DNA from: Octopus sinensis
Lineage: Eukaryota
Assembly: GCF_006345805.1 (NCBI RefSeq)
Contig: NW_021835958.1
Span: forward strand, 1 to 64,000
Reading direction: 5' to 3'
Length of the DNA stretch: 64,000 nt
The translations under genes were made by a program, and so were the position numbers. Of the stretch, positions 1 to 13,321 are shown in pieces. How positions within the stretch are numbered: the first letter of the stretch is position 1; the number at the start of each line of letters is the position of its first letter. A model generated the notes under the pieces. The model did not search any database and had not been told where the DNA came from. It saw only the letters and a program-made list of their open reading frames with translations.

Positions 1-453
1 TCTTTAACCTAGTTGTTGTTGCTTTCATTCTTCTTCTTTGAATTAGGCTATTATTGATAGGATTTTGATTTGTATCTAATAGCATCAGACTATTGGATGC
101 TGGTATCTCAAGAAACTAGTGTTGCTTTACTTGACTATATGACCTATATTATTTATGTTTTTATCATGGATACATGGAGAGCAGTCTGTTGAACTTGTTT
201 TGTTGTTTCCTTTTTTTTCTTTTCAAAGAACAGTGCCTCCTCTTCCTATCAGTCTCTATTACAATTTAATGTCTTCATCCCACTAGCAGCTTCTAATCTC
301 TCTTCCCCTCTCATCTATTGATAATATTTTTTTACATCAATACTTATAACACTATTTACACTAATACCTTTTATCATTGGTTCAAACTCTCTGTTCCTCT
401 GACAGATTTCCATCCAGCCCCCTCTTCCTTCATCATGGTACCACAGTAACAAG

Positions 454-473
454 CTCTCTCTCTCTCTCTTCCC

Positions 474-524
<51 letters not shown>

Positions 525-547
525 CTTTCCCCGCTCTCTCTCTCTCT
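454..547. repeat. (CT)n microsatellite, representative of many: (TG)n 676-705 and 4066-4108, compound 10620-10790, (CA)n 16816-16870, (TA)n 30485-30690, (GA)n 57233-57299, (TA)n 61638-61702, (CA)n 63478-63558
   Basis: Directly visible dinucleotide arrays. Confidence 0.95.
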
Positions 548-671
548 TGTTATCTAGAGCTACATGGTGTGTTTTGTGCCAGGTGAAGCAAGTACAATCA
601 TGTAGTAATATAAACATCACACTGATCCTGCATCAAGTCACATTCTTTTCCATTTCAATGTTATTGCAAGC

Positions 672-707
<36 letters not shown>

Positions 708-1716
708 ACACATGCTTTCTTCACAGCAAAATATCATTGTTAATGATAGGTCAATCTATCATTGTGTTGAATTTAGGCTCTTCACCATCCCAACTTACTG
801 ATGCATGTGTAGGGGGTGCTATAAAACGGGTGTATAATGTAGTTGACTGTAAACTTTTCAATGCTGTTATCATGTCTATAAGAGAGAAAAAAATAATAAT
901 AAACCCAGAAATATGTTGAGCCTATTTTTTTTTTTCCCTTTGTAAGGTTGATTCAGAAATATTCTTAGAATAATATTTTATCAGATAGGGGCTTCTGATG
1001 TGTCTGCCTATCCTCAGGTAGTACATGCTACTTAAATAAACTGCTAATGTATCGTTTTTGACAGTTTCAACTCTGATCTTTGCTATTATCTTGTTTTCTT
1101 TTGTTTGCATTTCTCTTCATATACAATATACATAGTGTGTGTGTACACACACACACACACATGCTGGTATGTGTGGGTGTGTGAGAAGACTGTCTTCTGC
1201 TGTATGGTCTGTTTTGGTTTGGTTTCTACAGCTGAATGCCCTTCCTAATGCCAACCACTTTACAGTGTGTATTAGGTGATCTTTTTAAGGCGCCAGCACT
1301 AGTGGGGTTGCCATGTAACTTGCAAGACTAAGTGGCCCTCAAGAGCCCCTATAACTGAAGGAAAATAGAAAAGTGAGTGCAGTGACTTTAAGTAAGTTGA
1401 TGAGAGAGGGTAGAATGCGGTGTGATGAACAGATATATAGTTGTAAGAGGCGGGGTGATAGTAGAGAGAGTAACAGAGTAGACATTGTTGTGGGAGGGAG
1501 AATAGAAGAGAGAGGGGAAAAGGGAAGGATTAATGCCTAGTTAGTAAAATAAGGAAGATCAGAGTAGAAAGGGTAGTAAGGTAAGGAACGTAGTAGTGGA
1601 GTTCCAGGGTTGCCCTATATGATGAGGATGTGCATGGTTGGAAGGTGTGACAGAAATGGAAATTATGTGAATTCATATTATATTAAAGTAGAACCATCCA
1701 AATTTGGGAAATTTTA

Positions 1717-1934
1717 TTGAGGGAGAGCTGAAAAATTCCTGGCTCTGGGTAAAAGAAAATACAGGAGGACCAGGTAATTATGATTTTACTCAAATACTCC
1801 TCTCTAAGATTCACACACTTATTGCAGCAGTCCTTCAGTTTTTCTAAGCCCTGTAAAAGAATTCCAGAAGTTGGGCCTCCAATCAGGGCCTTTCATGACA
1901 CCCTTAAAGCCAGGAATGTTTCAGCATCCCCTAG
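1717..1934. mobile_element. Mariner/Tc1-type MITE
   Basis: Imperfect TIRs tgagggagagctgaaaaattcctggct / agccaggaatgtttcagcatcccctag with TA flanks. Confidence 0.65.
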
Positions 1935-2047
1935 TATTTATGACCTTGATCAAGTGTTATTGTAATTGTTGTTAATTTTAATAAACACACTATGTTAAGA
2001 TGAAGCCCTTAATTATATTCTCTCTCTTTTTCTCTTTGCTCTTTCAG

Positions 2048-2243
2048 GTATATGTTACAGCAGACCACAGATTTAACACGTTGGCTGAATTAGTTCACCA
2101 CCATTCTATTCATGCAGATGGTTTAGTTACTACACTCTTATATCCGGCACCAAAACGAAACAAACCAACAGTATTTGGTTTCAGTCCGGAACCAGACAAG
2201 TGGGAAGTGGAGAGGACGGAGATTGCTATGAAGCATCGACTAG
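2048..2243 (+). CDS. Abl: Abl kinase exon (first in window): end of SH2 and SH2-kinase linker, [20 protein letters not shown]...MKHRL-G
   Basis: tttcag acceptor ends 2047, gtaag donor at 2244, 196 nt, phase 0 to 1. Translation matches ABL1 [20 protein letters not shown]...PAPKRNKPT...KW. Gene is 5'-partial. Confidence 0.97.
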
Positions 2244-4063
2244 GTAAGCTCAACTAACTCTTCACCTCTTGACCAGCTTTCCTCCCCCATTTCTCTCTCA
2301 GCTTAACCATTCCTCACATATTCCTTGACTTCACATCATCTGCTACTTCCTCAATTTCTCCCCTTTCTTTTCCATAGCACAGCCTCTCTCTCACAACCTT
2401 TCAGTTGAATCCTATAGTATCTGCATCATTGTTTATTCTTTTGTCAGCCTGGACACTAGTTATAAAGTAAGGAATCAAATAATAATACCTAACAATAATA
2501 CATGGTCAGTCTCAACACTGTCCAGTCAGGTTTGGGCACTGTTTTTTTTCAAATCTGAGCACTGTCTGGTCTGGTCAGGCCTGGCTGGACATTGTCTAGT
2601 TATGTCAGGACAGTGTCTCATCAGGTCTGAGTAGCATCCAGTTAGGTTCCACTGTTTCTAAGACTGAAGCAATCTCATCAAGGAATGCCTATCAAAACCT
2701 TATGGTATAGTTGAAATAACACATCATTATCATTTAATGTCCATTGTCCATGCTGGCATAGGTTGGACAGTTTGACCAGGGCTGGAAGGCTGCACCAGAC
2801 TCCAGTCTGATTTGGCATGGTTTTCTTTGGCTGGATGCCCTTCCTGATGCCATCCACTCCGAAAGTGTAATGGGTGCATTTATGTGCCATTTGCATGACA
2901 CTGGTATCTGCCACAAACACATATTTGTGTTTGATAAACTGTCTACATAACTGTCACATACTGGTGTTGTGTATGCTGTCTACATACCTGTTATATACTG
3001 TCTATGTGTGTGTGTGTGTGTGTTTAATAAAGGCTTGTGGTTAAGTGGTTAGGATATTCAGTACAAAATTGTAAGTTCCTGAGTTCAATTCCCAGTGGTG
3101 CATTATGTCCTTGAGCAAGACACTTTATTTCATGTTCTTCCAGTCTACTCATCTAGAAAAAAGGAGCAGTACCTGTAATTCTAAGGAACCAGCTGTGTCA
3201 CATTGTATCATGCTGAATCTCCCTGATAACTACATTAAGGGTACCTGTGTGTCTGGAGTGCTCAGCCACTTGTACATTAATTCCACAAGCAATTGTTCCA
3301 TTTATTGGACCAACTGGAACTCTCGTCATCACAACCAATGGAGTGCCACTCATATATATATATATATGTTATACATTCCAGCCATAACTATATCATCTTA
3401 ATATATCCAGGATTAATGATGCAGTGTGTCCTTCATTATCTAAGAGATGAGAAATATTTAGCTGCTGTTTCTAGTAGAATGAATGACCACATTGAACCTT
3501 CTCGTTTGTGTGTGTATGGGATGGGGATGTCACACTTTCCTCCATTCATCACCAAGGTTTCATGTCAAAATAATTATGCATAATGTAACCACTGTTGGTG
3601 TATGGTTTACCAGCAGCTAGTATTCTGTAGATAGCATTCATTATGTAATGTTCTTAGACAAGATACTCTATTCTAGTTGCAATCCATAGCTAAGAAATGG
3701 ATGGCAAAATTAAGCAACTCTTGAATCTTGTTTCAGTAATGTTTTAAAGTAAATCCCTTGAGTAAAATAAATATACCGTGTTTGAAATAGGTACGTCATA
3801 TTTTGTAATTAGAGGAAGACGATGTCTGTCTTAGAAGCCACACATTTAAGGTGTTTGTTCATTTCTAGCAACATTCTGTCAGTCAGGCTCTTCTCCATCT
3901 CCACAGCTTGACACATTGCAGCCAATTGTTATATAACCGTCTTATCGTGCCTGCACTGGTTATGGGTCACACGACATCTATCACCTTGGCAACAGTACAG
4001 CTATGTGGTGTCGTCATTTTCATATCCAGCAGAGCATGTTTAACCTTCAAGAACACACTTCGT

Positions 4064-4109
<46 letters not shown>

Positions 4110-7100
4110 TGCTGATGTGTATAGAGAAAGTGATAAGGCGATTGATCTTTTTATATCAATATGGGAGGGTATGTATCTATAAACGGCAGGAAAAAAAAAA
4201 AGACAAATGTAAAACTGAACTACCCCTCAAGAGAATTAAACCACACACACACGCACCTCATGCTGACATACCAAATGATCAACACTATTGACAAGTACAT
4301 CTTACTAGTCAACAGTACATGCCAGGCTTGATTCTCCTCTGAGAGTTGTTGAATATTTTTCTCTTACATTGTTGTTTACGGATGTATATAATTCAAAAAT
4401 ACAATTACACACACGAATGCATGCATATTTGTGTGTGTCTGTGTTTTACACAGCTTTGTTTAGAGTTTACAACACAGTCGCAGAGAAGTGGTATATAGAT
4501 GTATTTTACATTTTTATATTTAGTAATGTCTTAAATCATCCGTACCATAATTTCAGGCTTATATCTGAGTGGATGTTAATCCAGCTTGATTTGATGATAT
4601 TCAGTGTTATATCCAGTTGGATTAACAACATCCCTAGCATTTTTCCATGCTGGTATCCCTAAGGATACCAACATAGAAAAAATGTTGCTGATCTAATGGT
4701 GAAAAACATCATCATCAGCAATTTCTTTCTATATCTGATTTCTTCTTTTATTTCTTTTTTTTTTGTCTTTCCCAAGATATTAAGCTTTGTTAATAGTAAT
4801 CACTATAATGGTGTATCAGTTAAAGATATTGTTACTAAATATAACACATATACATATAAATATGTGTAAACACACATAAATGTTTATCACTGAGCTGTAA
4901 GATTAAAAGGTTGTAAAGATTTACTAAGTGAACATGAGTTCAAACATTGCTTTAGGCATTGTTTTATTGTTGTTGATGGTACCAGTCTAGAGCTGTGGAT
5001 TAGCAGAACTGTTTGAGTATCAGACAAAATAACATTCAGTATCTGTTTCAGTTCTTTTTGGATGATGAATGGCTGTGCCTATAACAACATTGGTGCCAAG
5101 TTGTACCATTCTTGCCTTTTACATTGATGTAGAAGGAGAGGCTTCCAAGCAAGGGCTACTGGCAATTACATCCACCCTCCTCAAAACCCCCTTCACGCAG
5201 ACCTGCACCTTCAAGAAGAACCTTCTGGGTGCAGATACAAATATTGTCCTTTAACTCATTGACTGTGAAATTAAATTTCATGATGCCAGTACAGCTGTCC
5301 AACCCATGCCAGCATGGAAAACGGACATTAAACGATGATGATGATTCCTGTAATGATGTTAAATATCTACCAAAAAAATAGAATTCTTATTTTCTGTAAG
5401 TTATGTTGCCTCACTAAACTTGATATGTCTTAACAAAAAAATAGTTTCAAACATGACATGTCTCAACAAAAGATGGATTGATATATAAACCACTTTCTGT
5501 AATTAAGGGTAATGAAATTTTGAGTGGATATATCTGATTTCTGCAGTAAAAGGATTAATTGAACAAATGACACAGGCCATTGATTATCATTGATAATCAC
5601 AGTTGTGTCATAAACTTATCCAATTAACCACTGCCATGCAACATCTAAAACTAATATATGTATATAGCCACTATCATCACCACTACTGCCACTGCTAATA
5701 CTGTGGCTGACATGAATTGTTGAGGTACACAGTCTATACCACTGCTACATCTATTTCTAACTCTCCAACTATGAAGGGTGACATCAGTGTGTTTTTCATA
5801 CAGGTATCACCCTAACTTCTTGGCCAAAGTATATAGAGATAGATGTGTGTCTTATCTAGGGAGCACAATATAATATTTATACAGGACTTGAACATTTGAT
5901 GTACCAACTGTATCAGAAACTACCTGACCATAGTCCTATAATAGTCTACTCAAATATTCCCCTCATCTCTCTCTCTCACCATATACACACTCAACGTGGC
6001 CATGTGATAAATAAGAAGATTTATTTTACAATCCTATGGTTCTCAGTTTGATCCAACTCTGTAGCACTTTGGATGAGTAATTTCTGCCACAAGTTCAGAT
6101 GAATCTGGAGCCTTGTGAGTTAAGCCCAGTTGACAGAAACTTTGTGCAAGCCTCTTCTGTCGATCAAATCTGTTTTTGAGTGGCAGACTTAATCTGCCAT
6201 CTGATATAACACTCCCATCAGCTCTTGGATGCCTTCAGTGGAGGGAGGCCACTCTGTTTACATGGAGTTGAAGCAGGTTTCCCATATTGCAGCAACTTAT
6301 GAATCAAATCATTGTTTCTTTCATTCCTTTTCTCCGTCAGTCATACAGACTCTGGAAAAAGGTCACATGTGTTTCCATTCCCCGTTTGACTAAGCTATGA
6401 AAAAGAAAAATACACACAAATCCTTAGATTAACACACACGCACACACACTCTCTCCACTCTCTCTGTCTCTCTTCCTTTCCCACCTCATTTTCTCCCTCT
6501 CTCCTTTCCCCTCTTTCTCTTTCATCACTGATATTTCATTTGCAATTATTTGTACTTATATATACAATCACCATTTTTCTATGAGATCCATAAAATTTGG
6601 GTCTGTGCCAAACTTGAAGGGTGACTCAGCCATTTAGAAGGTCAAATACTGCGGCAGCAGCTGACCTACCCAAGCCAAACTGGGGAAGTGCATCATTATT
6701 ATTCTAAAATCTAGATCATTCTAACAGCACCATATAGAGATCAGTACTGACTTTCAGTTTCTCTTAGGTTGTTATTTTTAAAACTAAGTTCTCATTGATC
6801 AAATGGGCCCGGGTCAGAAATATTCCATCTGTAATCTCCCTTTTTTTTTTTCTTTCATGCATACCATATCTAGGGTTATACATGATCTCTTTTGTTTAAG
6901 ACAGGGTGCAATATGTGGGTATTTTGGCTGCTATTACTAGCAAGTTGAGCGACTGCAAGAGGCTTCTTTGTTGGCTAGAATTTCTTTTAAGCTAAGTGGA
7001 TGAGGACTAATACATCTTTTCACTGTTGTTGTTTGGCCCCAAATTGCCTATAATTAAGCAGACTTATGATCAAATCAGATTGATCATTAATATTAGGTCT

Positions 7101-7789
7101 GGTTTGAAAATGTCTTGGGCAAACACCATTTCCACTGACCGTATAAATTAAATCCTATCAAACTAGAACCTCTGAACCTCTACATGGTTGCTTGGCCTGC
7201 AAGAAATGGGAGCTGAATTTTCTCAAATCTCACCCTTATTATCTTAAAAACGAAGAACACATTTGTCAGGTTATGGTCAGCTTGGGACAACAACAACAAC
7301 AACAACAATAATAAAAAAAAAAAAGAATTTTTTATTTTTGAATGTCGTATCAAATAACTTGAAAATCATGTCAGCTTTGTTGAGAAACTGTGGATTTGGA
7401 ATTGTTTGCACTGACATTGTTCTCTAAAAATGTCTTCCCCACTCTTTTTCTACATTGGTGAAAGCCAGCAGTTGTCATAGCAACTTGTAACTTCATTTTC
7501 ATAATGTAATCTGATTATTATTAAACTATTTCTCTGATTGAAAGTTATCAAAGCATTGATGTTGTTGTTCCTTTGATCTTAACATTCTTGCCTCTCCGTG
7601 GTGCTGTGTGGATCGGTGAGTGGATGCAGTGGCTCTGTGTGTTTGATGCTGTAGTACTGGACATGGTGGTGTTGGTGGGGATAAAAGAATTTATAGTATA
7701 TGTTATGATAGTGGTGTTGGTGGTAGTGATGGTAATAGAGGTCAAGATGAGGAGATCTAAGAAATATAGTAGTGAGGGATCACCTTCAG

Positions 7790-8945
7790 AATGTAATTGT
7801 AGAAGACACATACAGGATGTAGTGATGAAAGACAGCTATAGAATATAGTTGTGAAAGACAGCTAAAGAAGATTGCCTGGAAGATAGCTACAAAGTGTAGT
7901 AGTTGGGGGGTGGGGGTGGCCACAGAGATTAGTGATAGAAGACTGCTGTGGAATGTGGTTGTGTGGAGGCACCTCTAGAATATTGTTGTGGAAGGCACCG
8001 ACAGAATGTGGTTGTGGAGGATAGTAATAGAATGTAGTGATGAGAAATAGCTACTGAATGTACTATCAGGAGACAGTTGCAGAGTGTAGTTGTGGAGGGC
8101 AGTTATAGGGTATAGGTGCTGGTAGGAGACAGCTATGGAATATAGTTGTGGAATACAGCAGCTAGAAAATGTAGTTGTGGAAGACAGCTAGCAAATGTAG
8201 TTGTGGAAAAAAGCTAGAAAATGTAATTGTGGAAGACAGCTAGGAAATGTAATTGTGGAAGACAGCTAGCAAATGTAGTTATGGAAGACAGCTTGGAAAT
8301 ATAGTTGTGGAAGACAGCTTGGAAATGTAGTCGTGGAAAACAGCTAGGAAATGTAATTGTGGAAGACAGCTAGCAAATGTAGTCGTGGAAGACAGCTAGC
8401 AAATGTAGTCTTGGAAGACAGCTAGGAATTATAATTGTGGAAGACAGCTAGCAAATGTAGTTGTGGAAGACAGCTAGGAAATGTAATTGTGGAAGACAGC
8501 TAGGAATTATAATTGTGGAAGACAGCTAGCAAATGTAGTCGTGGAAGACAGCTAGCAAATGTAGTCTTGGAAGACAGCTAGGAATTATAATTGTGGAAGA
8601 CAGCTAGCAAATGTAGTTGTGGAAGACAGCTAGAAAATGTAGTTGTGGAAGACAGCTAGGAAATGTAGTCTTGGACCTCAAGTGGCCTGAACTCTTTACA
8701 TGAACACCACCCTGTACTTAACTCCATGTCCCCCTACATGGCCTTGCTATTTGCTTTTGAGCCAAATTAACTAACTAACTAACTAACAAGACAGCTAGGA
8801 AATGTAATTGTTGAAGACAACTCCTAGATATAGTTGTAGAAGAGAAGACAGCTATAGAATGTATCAACGATTTATGGTACAACTCAGGGGTTTAGTGGTG
8901 GGAAACTGAAAGAGACAGCTTCAAAATGTAGTGATGCGGGGGAGC
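7790..8945. repeat. 26-bp minisatellite GTAGTTGTGGAAGACAGCTAGGAAAT
   Basis: About 20 homogeneous units at 8160-8675 with degenerate flanking units. Confidence 0.95.
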
Positions 8946-9270
8946 TACAAGATTTGTGGTGGAGGGGATCTACTACATGTGCTATCCACAAGTATACAAT
9001 GTAGTTGTTGCAATGTACATTTGTTACAAATTCTTGGCCACACAATCTCTGATGATCACTCAATGTATCTCATTTTCTAGACCTCTTCTATACTAAACAT
9101 TTTATTCAGTTCTGTCATCTCATAAATGTTACCGTCAGGATTTTCATCTCTGCTTACATTTCCCTCCCGCAAACACTGACCTACAGATATGAAGGTGAAT
9201 ATCTACTGCAGGCTTGAAAGTTTTAAGAAGTCACAGATTCTGTCCTTTCCGCTTCCTCTGACCATCTTTA

Positions 9271-9490
9271 CCCTTTAGTATTCAGATTATTTTGTCAAAT
9301 CTAAAGCTCATTTATTCGCATTGCTTTGAATTAATCATAAATTATCTTGTAGCTTCAAGATTTCGATGATGTGGTTGTTTATTTTTAGAATGACACTGTA
9401 GGATAGGTGTGAAAGACCAGATCTGGCCAGTTTGAACATAAAGCTGGTCAAATATTTTGGTCAGATACGGCCAGTTTAAACGTTAAAGGG
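9271..9490. mobile_element. TTAA-flanked MITE (piggyBac/Kolobok-like), family T1
   Basis: CCCTTTAG...TAAAGGG ends, TTAA at 9491-9494; other copies at 22378-23023 and 57437-57654. Confidence 0.75.
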
Positions 9491-9598
9491 TTAAATATAT
9501 ACAAAAAAGTGGCAGGTTGACATATATCCAAAACGAGGGCATTGTGTAAGACGAGGGAAGCAATTATAATTGGACCCTTTTCTCTTGTTTTCATCAAG

Positions 9599-9675
9599 GT
9601 GGAGGACAATATGGAGACGTTTATGAAGCTGTATGGAAGACATACAATAAAACAGTAGCTGTGAAAACTCTCAAG
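9599..9675 (+). CDS. Abl: Abl kinase exon: P-loop and VAVK lysine, [26 protein letters not shown]
   Basis: catcaag acceptor, gtaagt donor, 77 nt, phase 1 to 0; too short for the ORF track. Confidence 0.97.
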
Positions 9676-9954
9676 GTAAGTACATTATTTATGTATAAAT
9701 TCTGTAGTCTTAACTATTTTCTCTGATCCATTCTGGACTGATTACTCTGGGACATCTTTCACTGTATAGTTTTTATTTCACTTGTTATCAAACATTGTGT
9801 GTGGGTATGTGCATCTGTTGTTATTGTCATTGTTTAACTTCCAGCTCTGTCCTATGAAGAAAGGTGTTCCAGCTGTGACCATCACACCTTTTATTCAATG
9901 GAACCTACCTTTTTATAAGTGTGTTTTTTTTTTTTAAGGCATGGTGTGATTTAA

Positions 9955-10417
9955 CCCTTTTGTTACCAACCCAGCCGAAACTGGCTCTGGTTTTGCAATA
10001 CAATGTCTTGTTTTCATAAGTTTTGAATTAAAATCTTCCACCAAACCTTAGTCCAACCCATGCCAACATGGACAACGGACATTAAATGATGATGATGATA
10101 TATATATATAATTACAGTGATCTTCATACTAGCACAAGGCTACATATTTTGAAAGAGAGAACAGTCAATCTACATCGACCCTGGAGGGATTTGAACCCAG
10201 AACATACATGGACATAAATAAACACTGAAGTATTTTGTCTGGCAACAGAAAACAACTTAGATGTTGCTACAAAAAGCATTCATTATGTGGCCTATATTAC
10301 ATCCAAATCTCCAAACCTCCATTTAGATTATTTTTCTCATGACCTCTGTGCTTCAATTAGTTTCAAAAATAATGGAGAAATTGGGGGGAAAATTCAAGTA
10401 GGTTGGTAACAAAAGGG
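9955..10417. mobile_element. TTAA-flanked MITE, family T2, with nested SINE fragments
   Basis: Perfect 17-bp TIR CCCTTTTGTTACCAACC (9955-9971 / 10401-10417), TTAA on both sides. Confidence 0.85.
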
Positions 10418-10698
10418 TTAATCCTTGCTAATGTATGAGTCCTGAAAACTCTTTACCCATATCAAACATGTTTTATTTTATTGGCAAACACCCAGAGATC
10501 AATCTGTTACACTTCTGCCATGCACTGTCTGACCAGAATTAAATGGGACAATCTGCTTACATCTTGCATCCATTGTGAGATTTGTCTCCTGCCTCATTAA
10601 TATTATTGAAACTAGTGGTACATACATACATATATAAACATGAATACACACACCTATATACATTTATGTATATGTGTGTGTGTGTATGTATGTATATA

Positions 10699-10750
<52 letters not shown>

Positions 10751-10755
10751 TACTT

Positions 10756-10794
<39 letters not shown>

Positions 10795-13187
10795 AGGACC
10801 ATTGTGCTTCTTGAATTGGATTTACAAACTTAGCTTAATAACCTTGATAACTGTTAAAAGAAGTTTTTAGGGAGAGAGGAGGTATTTTAAATTAGCCACT
10901 TTAATCATGTAATTATATTATTTTAAAGTTAATTATTGTTTAACTCAATTTATTTTGGATATGTTGTTAATTGCTAATTGTCAGATTTCATTGCTACTTT
11001 TCTCCAGGAGGCAGCGTTCACTTCCGTTTTGGTTCACTGCAAAATTCCTGGGCCAATTCCATTATGAGACATTCAGGTCATAAGATCCGCTAAATGTCAC
11101 TAAGTATTTTAATCATTCATTTAGAGCTATGTTAAGAGGTTGAGAGCTTTTTTTATATAATTTAATATTCATATCTATTGTTAGCCAGCTCGAAATGGTG
11201 ATTAATCTTTCCTTGAAAACAAAATTGTTTGAAAGTTCACAAATTAATATGTTATTTGTTCTTTAAAGTCTCCTGATAATTCATTGTTATTATGAATAAA
11301 TAAAGGATTATTTTTATAATTATATTTTAATATGAAAAACAACACCACTGTATTTCCTTATTAATACTATTAACATGGTTAGCATGAGCTGCTCTACTTG
11401 TTTTATTGTGAAGTGCCCCAGGGAAAAGGCATACACTAACTGCAACTACCCTCTCACTTCTCCTCTTTTCCTTAAGACTTTAATGCCTGTCTTAGGAATA
11501 ATGTTTTTGCTGAATTCCCACTAACTTAGAACGTGCAGCTCTCAGTAGCACAAGAATTGTTGGGTGGATAGCAGTTTCTTGAATCTGTGAAATTAGTTAT
11601 TTTCTTGTTCTTTGTGACATTTTTGGTAAAACACTCTTAAAAATTGGCACCACTACAAACGATGTTTTGATGAATACTTTTTTTTTGCTTTTTGTTTCTT
11701 CAAAATATTACAACTAAAATAGAGCAAATTAAAAAAAAAAAAAAATACAAATTTCAAAACTCGTTGAAACTCATGTTGATATTTCCTTTTTGAAAATCTA
11801 AAAAAATTTTAAATTAATATAATGATGTGAAATAGTCAGTTATATCAGACTACTGATGTAGAACCAAAAAGTTTAATTAAGCCATAGATTATAATACTAT
11901 ATCTCCTTTGGCTTACAGTTTTCAAGTTTAGCCAGCCTCCTCTGATGGTAGATCTATTTTGATCTATGTTAAACAGCATTAATTTTTCTAGTGGTTTTGA
12001 CATTAGGGATCCTGATCTTGTCAAATTACATATTCTAACTACCAAGACTATACTCTCGGAGTGGTTGGCGTTAGGAAGGGCATCCAGCTGTAGAAACTCT
12101 GCCAGATTAAGACTGGAGCCTGGTGCAGCCATCTGGTTTGCCAGCCCACTGTCAAACTGTCCAACCCATGCTAGCATGGAAAGCGGACGTTAAACAACGA
12201 TGATGATGAAGGTATTTTTAAAATGGAAGAATCAATCACACTATAGAAGATAATGTGATGGTGTTGTTGTTGGCTCCATAATAATTTGTCAAGGGCCACT
12301 AATAGCCACAAGTTTTCCAAACAGATGCACAGTGAGTTTGAGTGAGAAGAACTAGGAGTCCATCACTCTTAGACTGGTCTTACCTTGTTGTGTATTTGTT
12401 CTTAAGTATTTATGTTACTGTACTATTATTTGATATTTGTTGACCCAGTGCTAACTTCCCTTATTCTTTTGACACATCTTGTTTCTGTTCTACTGGGATT
12501 CTGGTAACACTCCTCACCAGGCTAGCTTGGTGAGGCTGCTGGTTTAAGTAGCAATTCCCAATCAGGTAACTAGTGTCCTTTGCATAGCTGTGATGACTCT
12601 TTCAAAATGTAGTTGTTTTAGCCTTGTCACATGACCTCAAATTAAATCATTTGCTAAACAAGTACAATTCACGTAATCATCATCATCATTTAGCATCCAT
12701 TTTTCAAGCTGGCATGAGTGGGATGGTGTGACAGGATCCTGCAAGCTGCAGGGCTATATCAAGCTCCGATGTCAGTTTTGACATCATTTCTATAGCTGGA
12801 ATCCCTTCCTAACTCCAACCCCTTTATAGTATGTACAGGGTGCTTTTTTCATGCCTCTGACACCAGTGAGGTTACCAAATAACTTGCAAGACAAAAAATG
12901 AACAGGTGAAAGGTCCCTTGTTTAAGGGGAAGGCATAATATTTAACAGTGGTGGTGGATTTATGCCAGGCATTGAGAGCTTAGAGAGACAAACACAGATG
13001 TTATGCTACAGAGCAGATACATGGCTACCCAACATTATATGAAACTTTAAAAAAAAAATCAAAAGTGGACTTGTAATGCAAACAGTCTTTGAAATTTTCA
13101 GTGTTTTTGCCCGAGAAATTTATTATGAAACAAGATTTGTGAGAATTTGATTTTAATATTCTGTTTCATGTTTGTTTTGTGTTGTAG

Positions 13188-13272
13188 GAAGATACCATGG
13201 CTTTAAAAGACTTTCTTGAAGAAGCTGCCATCATGAAAGAAATGAAACATCCAAATTTAGTCCAATTATTAG
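13188..13272 (+). CDS. Abl: Abl kinase exon: alphaC helix, [29 protein letters not shown]
   Basis: ttgtag acceptor, gtaact donor, 85 nt, phase 0 to 1; same length as human ABL1 exon 5 as I recall it. Confidence 0.97.
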
Positions 13273-13321
13273 GTAACTAAGCAGTCTTCATATTATTCTT
13301 TGTTGATGTCATCGTTTTGAT

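Noticed and set aside
7904-7920. G-rich tract as a G-quadruplex (also 17697-17711)
   Set aside because: Only two G runs; cannot form an intramolecular three-tier G4.
8160-8675. CRISPR-like regular repeat (also 48240-48900)
   Set aside because: Units are contiguous with no unique spacers, no cas genes, eukaryotic context.
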